A DNA stretch of 64,000 nucleotides from Octopus vulgaris (lineage: Eukaryota), in the NCBI GenBank assembly GCA_951406725.2, contig OX597836.1:3348001-3412000 (forward strand), given 5' to 3'. The notes under the pieces were generated by a model. It was given only the letters and a program-made list of their open reading frames with translations. It was not told where the DNA came from and did not search any database. A program made the translations under genes and the position numbers. This document shows, piece after piece, positions 59,310 to 64,000 of the stretch (positions within the stretch are counted from its first letter, which is position 1; the number at the start of each line of letters is the position of its first letter).

Positions 59310-59555
59310 TCTCTTACTCTTTTACTTGTTTCAGTCATTGGATGGGGCCCATACTGGGGTACCGCGTTTACTTGAACAAATCGCCCCCAGGACTTATTCT
59401 TTTCAAGCCTGGTACATGCTCTATCGGTTTCTTTCGCCGAACCACTTAGGTACAGGAACGTGTACACAACAGCATCGGTTGTCAAGCAATGGTGGGGGAG
59501 ACAAACACTGACACAGAGACACATACACAAATACATACATACATACATACATACA

Positions 59556-59586
<31 letters not shown>

Positions 59587-59990
59587 GTGTGTGTATGTGT
59601 GTGTGTATGTGTGTGTGTGTGTGTCTATATATATGCATGCTTTTCTTTATATATATATAAATAAACAACGGGCTTCTTTCAGTTTCCCTCTATCAAATCC
59701 ACTCACAAGGCTTCGGTGGGCTCCAGGTTATAGTAGAAGACACTTGCCCGAGGCGCCACGCAGTAGGACTGAGCCCGGAAATTTGTGGTTGGGATGCAAG
59801 CTTCTTTATTTCACATCACCCCAGTCCACTCAGCTAGAAAAACGAGTAGTATCTGTAATTGAAAGGACCGGCCTTGTCACGCTCTGTGTCATGCTGAAAC
59901 TCCCTGAGAACTACGTTAAGGGTACACGTGTCTGTGGAGTACTCAGCCATTTGCCCGCTAATTTCATGAGCAAGCTGTTGATCGGAATTG
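59310..59990. mobile_element. SINE A (-, about 59310-59805) abutting a family D 3' portion (+, about 59805-59990); family C/D tail on - at about 60330-60452
   Basis: Matches to the families defined above. Confidence 0.85.
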
Positions 59991-60130
59991 TTGTTGTTGT
60001 TGTTTTGTTGTTGTTGCTCTTCTCCTCCTCACTTCCTTCTTCTTCTTCTTCTTCTTCTTCTTCTTCTTCTTCTTCTTCTTCTTCTTCTTCTTCTTTTCTA
60101 CTACTACTACAACTACTATTACTACTATGA

Positions 60131-60179
<49 letters not shown>

Positions 60180-60287
60180 TTAATAATAATAATAATATTA
60201 ATAATATGACAACAAAAAAATGAATGAGACCTCGATATTATGTAAAATAGAGGAATTTATCAATAAATAATAAGTGACAGTTGCCAC

Positions 60288-60322
<35 letters not shown>

Positions 60323-60511
60323 AGTGTGGAAGCACTCCGTCGGTTACGACGACGAGGGTTTCGGTTGATCCGAATCAACGGAACAGCCTGCTCAACGTGT
60401 AAGTGGCTGAGCACTCCAAAGACACGTGTACCCTTAACGTAGTTCTTGGGGATATATTTAGTGAAGGGAAGAAATGGAGCTGAACGAAGATTCTACAAAA
60501 TTCCTTTTATT

Positions 60512-60597
60512 ATTTTCTACACATGTTTCAAAGGCTGCAAATTTCCAAATTCGGATCGAATAAGGAGACCATTTTGCAGCTTTCTCTTCAGGAAAAT
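60512..60597 (-). ncRNA. Canonical type I hammerhead ribozyme motif
   Basis: Minus strand ATTTTC-CTGAAGA-GAAAGCTGCAAA(loop)TTTGCAGCCTTT-GAAA-CA(tg)TG-TA-GAAAAT: all core nucleotides present, 6-bp stem I, about 12-bp stem II, palindromic ACATGT stem III, GUA triplet. Confidence 0.85.
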
Positions 60598-61260
60598 CCA
60601 GGAATTTAAATCTCCAAAACAAATGCGCAGCAAGCTATTCGAACAAAACGCTCCCTAGGAGCCCATGATATGGCACAAAACTGTCTCTCAATGTGCGTTG
60701 ACGTCAGGGTGTGTGAAGGCCGACGAAAACGTCCGTTGGAATAAATCGAGGTCAAACTGCGGTTAAATCTAGTAGGGGAAGAATTACTGAAAACCAAAGG
60801 GTGTGAATATATTCTGTATAACTAATGTTAATGTTCGGATTGTTTTAAGAATGAAAGCTATCTTATTTAGGTGTGAGAACCTACCTACATGTATGTGTGT
60901 GTGCGCCTGTGTATGTGTGGCAGTATGTTAGGAAGCAGCTAGAGGGAAAGTATATTGCTGATATTGTTGGTCACGCGGCTGATAAAAGCCTGTGTCTGTG
61001 TGTTCGTCTGTGGCCAGTTTGTATACAGATGACTTGTCAAAACAAGGGGAGTATAATCCCTGATATTGTTTCTAAATAAGTAGCAGATCATACGCTAAAA
61101 GGGGAGTAATTTCCCCTTACACATTTAATTCAAAATTTTTTCCAAAATTTTTTTCTTTTCTTAGGACATCAAGGTGTTAATTATCTTAGGCTTCAATTGT
61201 ATGCAAGAAATGTGTGCCGCCGCCAATGGGGACATCTAAAAGAGTTTTGCATATATATAC

Positions 61261-61449
61261 TGTGACAATTGGTTGTCCTAATAAAAGTCAGAGTTTCGGA
61301 TACCGTGACTGAAGTCTGCTCCGGTATCTCATTAGTTATTAAGGCAAACAAAAGCACTTTGCATTAATAACTGATGAGATGCCGAGGCAGACTTCAGCCC
61401 CGGCATTCGAAACTTTGAGTTTTATTACAACAACTAACTAATTGTCACA
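61261..61449. repeat. Diverged fold-back inverted repeat (arms about 61261-61348 / 61358-61449)
   Basis: TGTGACAATT..GAGTTTCGGATACCG..CGGTATCTCATTAGTTATTAA versus TTAATAACTGATGAGATGCCG..CGGCATTCGAAACTTTGAG..AATTGTCACA. Confidence 0.88.
61365..61427 (+). ncRNA. Type I hammerhead ribozyme motif (degenerate mirror copy on - at 61279-61341)
   Basis: TAATAA-CTGATGA-GATGCCG(loop)CGGCATTC-GAAA-CTT(t)GAG-TT-TTATTA; the minus copy has CTAATGA and stem II GATACCG/CGGTATC. Confidence 0.8.
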
Positions 61450-61500
61450 TAGTATATTTATTTACATGTATATATACGTGTGTCTGTATAGAAATAAACC

Positions 61501-61535
<35 letters not shown>

Positions 61536-61824
61536 GTACACAAACACACACACATACATATTTATATATACATATACATATATATATGTATATATATATA
61601 TATCAATATATTTATACATGCATATATATATATATATGTGTGTGTGTGTGCACGAATGTATGCTACCTGGATCAAAACAACTCCAGGCATTTTCTAACAA
61701 AATAAAAACTGCATAATATATTTCTGTTTTATGATATATGCCTTCAGTCGTTTCTTGATTCTGTTAGCTTATATAACTTTAAATCAATATATATATATAC
61801 GTATTTACATATATATTCACATAT

Positions 61825-61879
<55 letters not shown>

Positions 61880-62110
61880 CATACATATATATATATATAT
61901 ATGCATAGATACATATATAGATATATACATATACATATGTATATTTATATACATATGCATATATATATATATCTTTATATATATCGATACATATATATAT
62001 ATATATCACACATACACATATATACATATATATATATACATATATATATGTAGATATGTATACATATATATATATATATATATATATTTACATATACATA
62101 TACATACATT

Positions 62111-62200
<90 letters not shown>

Positions 62201-62419
62201 TATGTATATATGGTAATGCCTGGCATACTGCAAGACGGTGGCCTATTAATGGTGTGACTTCATATTTTCTAATGAAAGAAAGAAAACTCCCGGGAATTGT
62301 CAACAAAACAATCTCTCTTTATGTGAAGCTTCAAGTAAAAGTACCTGTATGTATGTACACACAGACACCCACTTATATATATACATGGGTGTAAGTGTGT
62401 GCGTCTGCTTGTGTACGTG

Positions 62420-62496
<77 letters not shown>

Positions 62497-62732
62497 GTGT
62501 GAGTGTAAATATATATATGGATGTATGTAGATATATATTTATTTAAAATGTGTAATTTTTGGAAGGTATCTGCCTTGAGTTCTTTTTGATTAACTTGGAA
62601 AACATAACTTCATATTAGTATACACTCTTCGCTCTCAGCTTATTGAATTCTCTTGTATAGTCACTATATAATATATATTCAATTTGCACTAACATATATA
62701 TATATACATATATACATATATATATTTATATT

Positions 62733-62769
<37 letters not shown>

Positions 62770-62820
62770 CATATATGTAAATATGTATTTGTGTATATAT
62801 ATATATGTATATATATAGAT

Positions 62821-62852
<32 letters not shown>

Positions 62853-62857
62853 ATAGG

Positions 62858-62909
<52 letters not shown>

Positions 62910-63206
62910 AAGATAGATAGATGTATATACGTGTGTGTGCATTTTTGTGTGCGCCTCAGTGTGAGTAAGACGTGTATTCGGATGTATATGTGTGCCTGGA
63001 GGGATAGAAGTAGATAACCACATAGATATTAAGCATGTTAGCATTTCAGCATCTTTTCCTCCATACCTCTGATGTGCTAACCTTCATTCATACCGATATA
63101 TCCGCATGCACGCAGACTAATATATAGATCCATACATCAATATATACGTACACATATATATGCATACATCTATGTACATCTGCATATATAAGTAAAAATA
63201 CATCAC

Positions 63207-63312
<106 letters not shown>

Positions 63313-63600
63313 TGTATGTATGTATATATGTATGTATGTATGCACTTTTCTGTATATATCTGAATGTATGAAGGCGTGCATATATCTTGCTATTCAAGTT
63401 TATTTGAAAAATTTCTTATAAATAGTGAATGAACCGGTTTCTAACCTAGACCCAAGGCTCTTTCATTGGAATTTCAGCAACATCATTCGGGTATTTGTGC
63501 ATGTCAGTGTGTTGGTGTGCAGATTTATATATTTTGTTTGATGTATGTATTCTAATGCATACAGCTGCATGTCAACACGTGCATATATACTTAAATGCTA

Positions 63601-63870
63601 AATTTCTGGTAAGTTTTACAGATTTGTACAGTTCCACTGATGGCTTAAATTGATTTTCTCCTTTCTTGTTTTCAGAAGCCTGATTTCTCAAGATTGGTGC
63701 ATAGGCAGTTTGTTACATATCCCAGTGTCCCAATATTTACGGGTATTAATCTGAATTTATAACCTGGGTAGAGTAACTAAATTTCTTATGTACGTATGTA
63801 TGTATATATATATTGTTCTCTTTCTTTTTGTAATTAAGAATGAATTTTCACCGGCAACCTACAATGTAGC
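63601..63870 (-). pseudogene. RLE-type non-LTR retrotransposon C-terminus (probable 3' UTR to about 63390)
   Basis: YPGYKFRLIPVNIGTLGYVTNCLCTNLEKSGF*..AISGTVQICKTYQKF; same family as 32697-32918. Confidence 0.8.
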
Positions 63871-63904
63871 AAGGTTGTGAAGAAAAATATCATATTTTGT
63901 TCGT

Positions 63905-64000
63905 CATCCTTTAAATCTTAAGAAAGTCTTGCAGATTTATATATTTCCTGATATTGTGATCGTCTGTAATGAATGAATTAAAGATTTGTCTTCTCTCCGC
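63905..64000 (-). pseudogene. Third RLE-type C-terminus, cut by the window edge
   Basis: KSLIHSLQTITISGNI*ICKTFLRFKG*. Confidence 0.65.

Noticed and set aside
63425-63478. GAAACCGGTT hammerhead-like 3' half on the minus strand
   Set aside because: No CUGANGA upstream; it lies in the probable RLE 3' UTR, and a similar stretch follows the 32.7 kb copy.

Overview
AT-rich eukaryotic non-coding DNA saturated with microsatellites ((TA)n, (CA)n, (TATG)n, (AAT)n, (TTC)n, (ACT)n, (GAT)n). The SINE repertoire and repeat load point to an octopus-type cephalopod genome (inference, not a database match). I found no intact host protein-coding gene, and almost all ORFs in the supplied track are microsatellite translations. 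The recognisable content is mobile DNA. There are four tRNA-derived SINE families, labelled A-D here, in about 25 copies, and one young copy keeps a 14-bp TSD. DNA transposons include a near-complete DD36E Tc1-like element, an internally deleted mariner and a rosa/DD41D-like fragment. Non-LTR remnants include CR1/L2-group RT and APE fragments, three C-termini of an RLE-type (R4/Dong-like) element, and Penelope-like (PLE) pieces including a GIY-YIG endonuclease. The most striking signal is a set of minimal type I hammerhead-ribozyme (HHR) motifs in short non-coding modules next to or inside simple repeats. Two unrelated modules (about 53.1 kb and 61.3 kb) are fold-back palindromes with one hammerhead per strand, one (60.5 kb) is a fully canonical hammerhead, and others are degenerate. 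All structures and alignments were worked out by eye.
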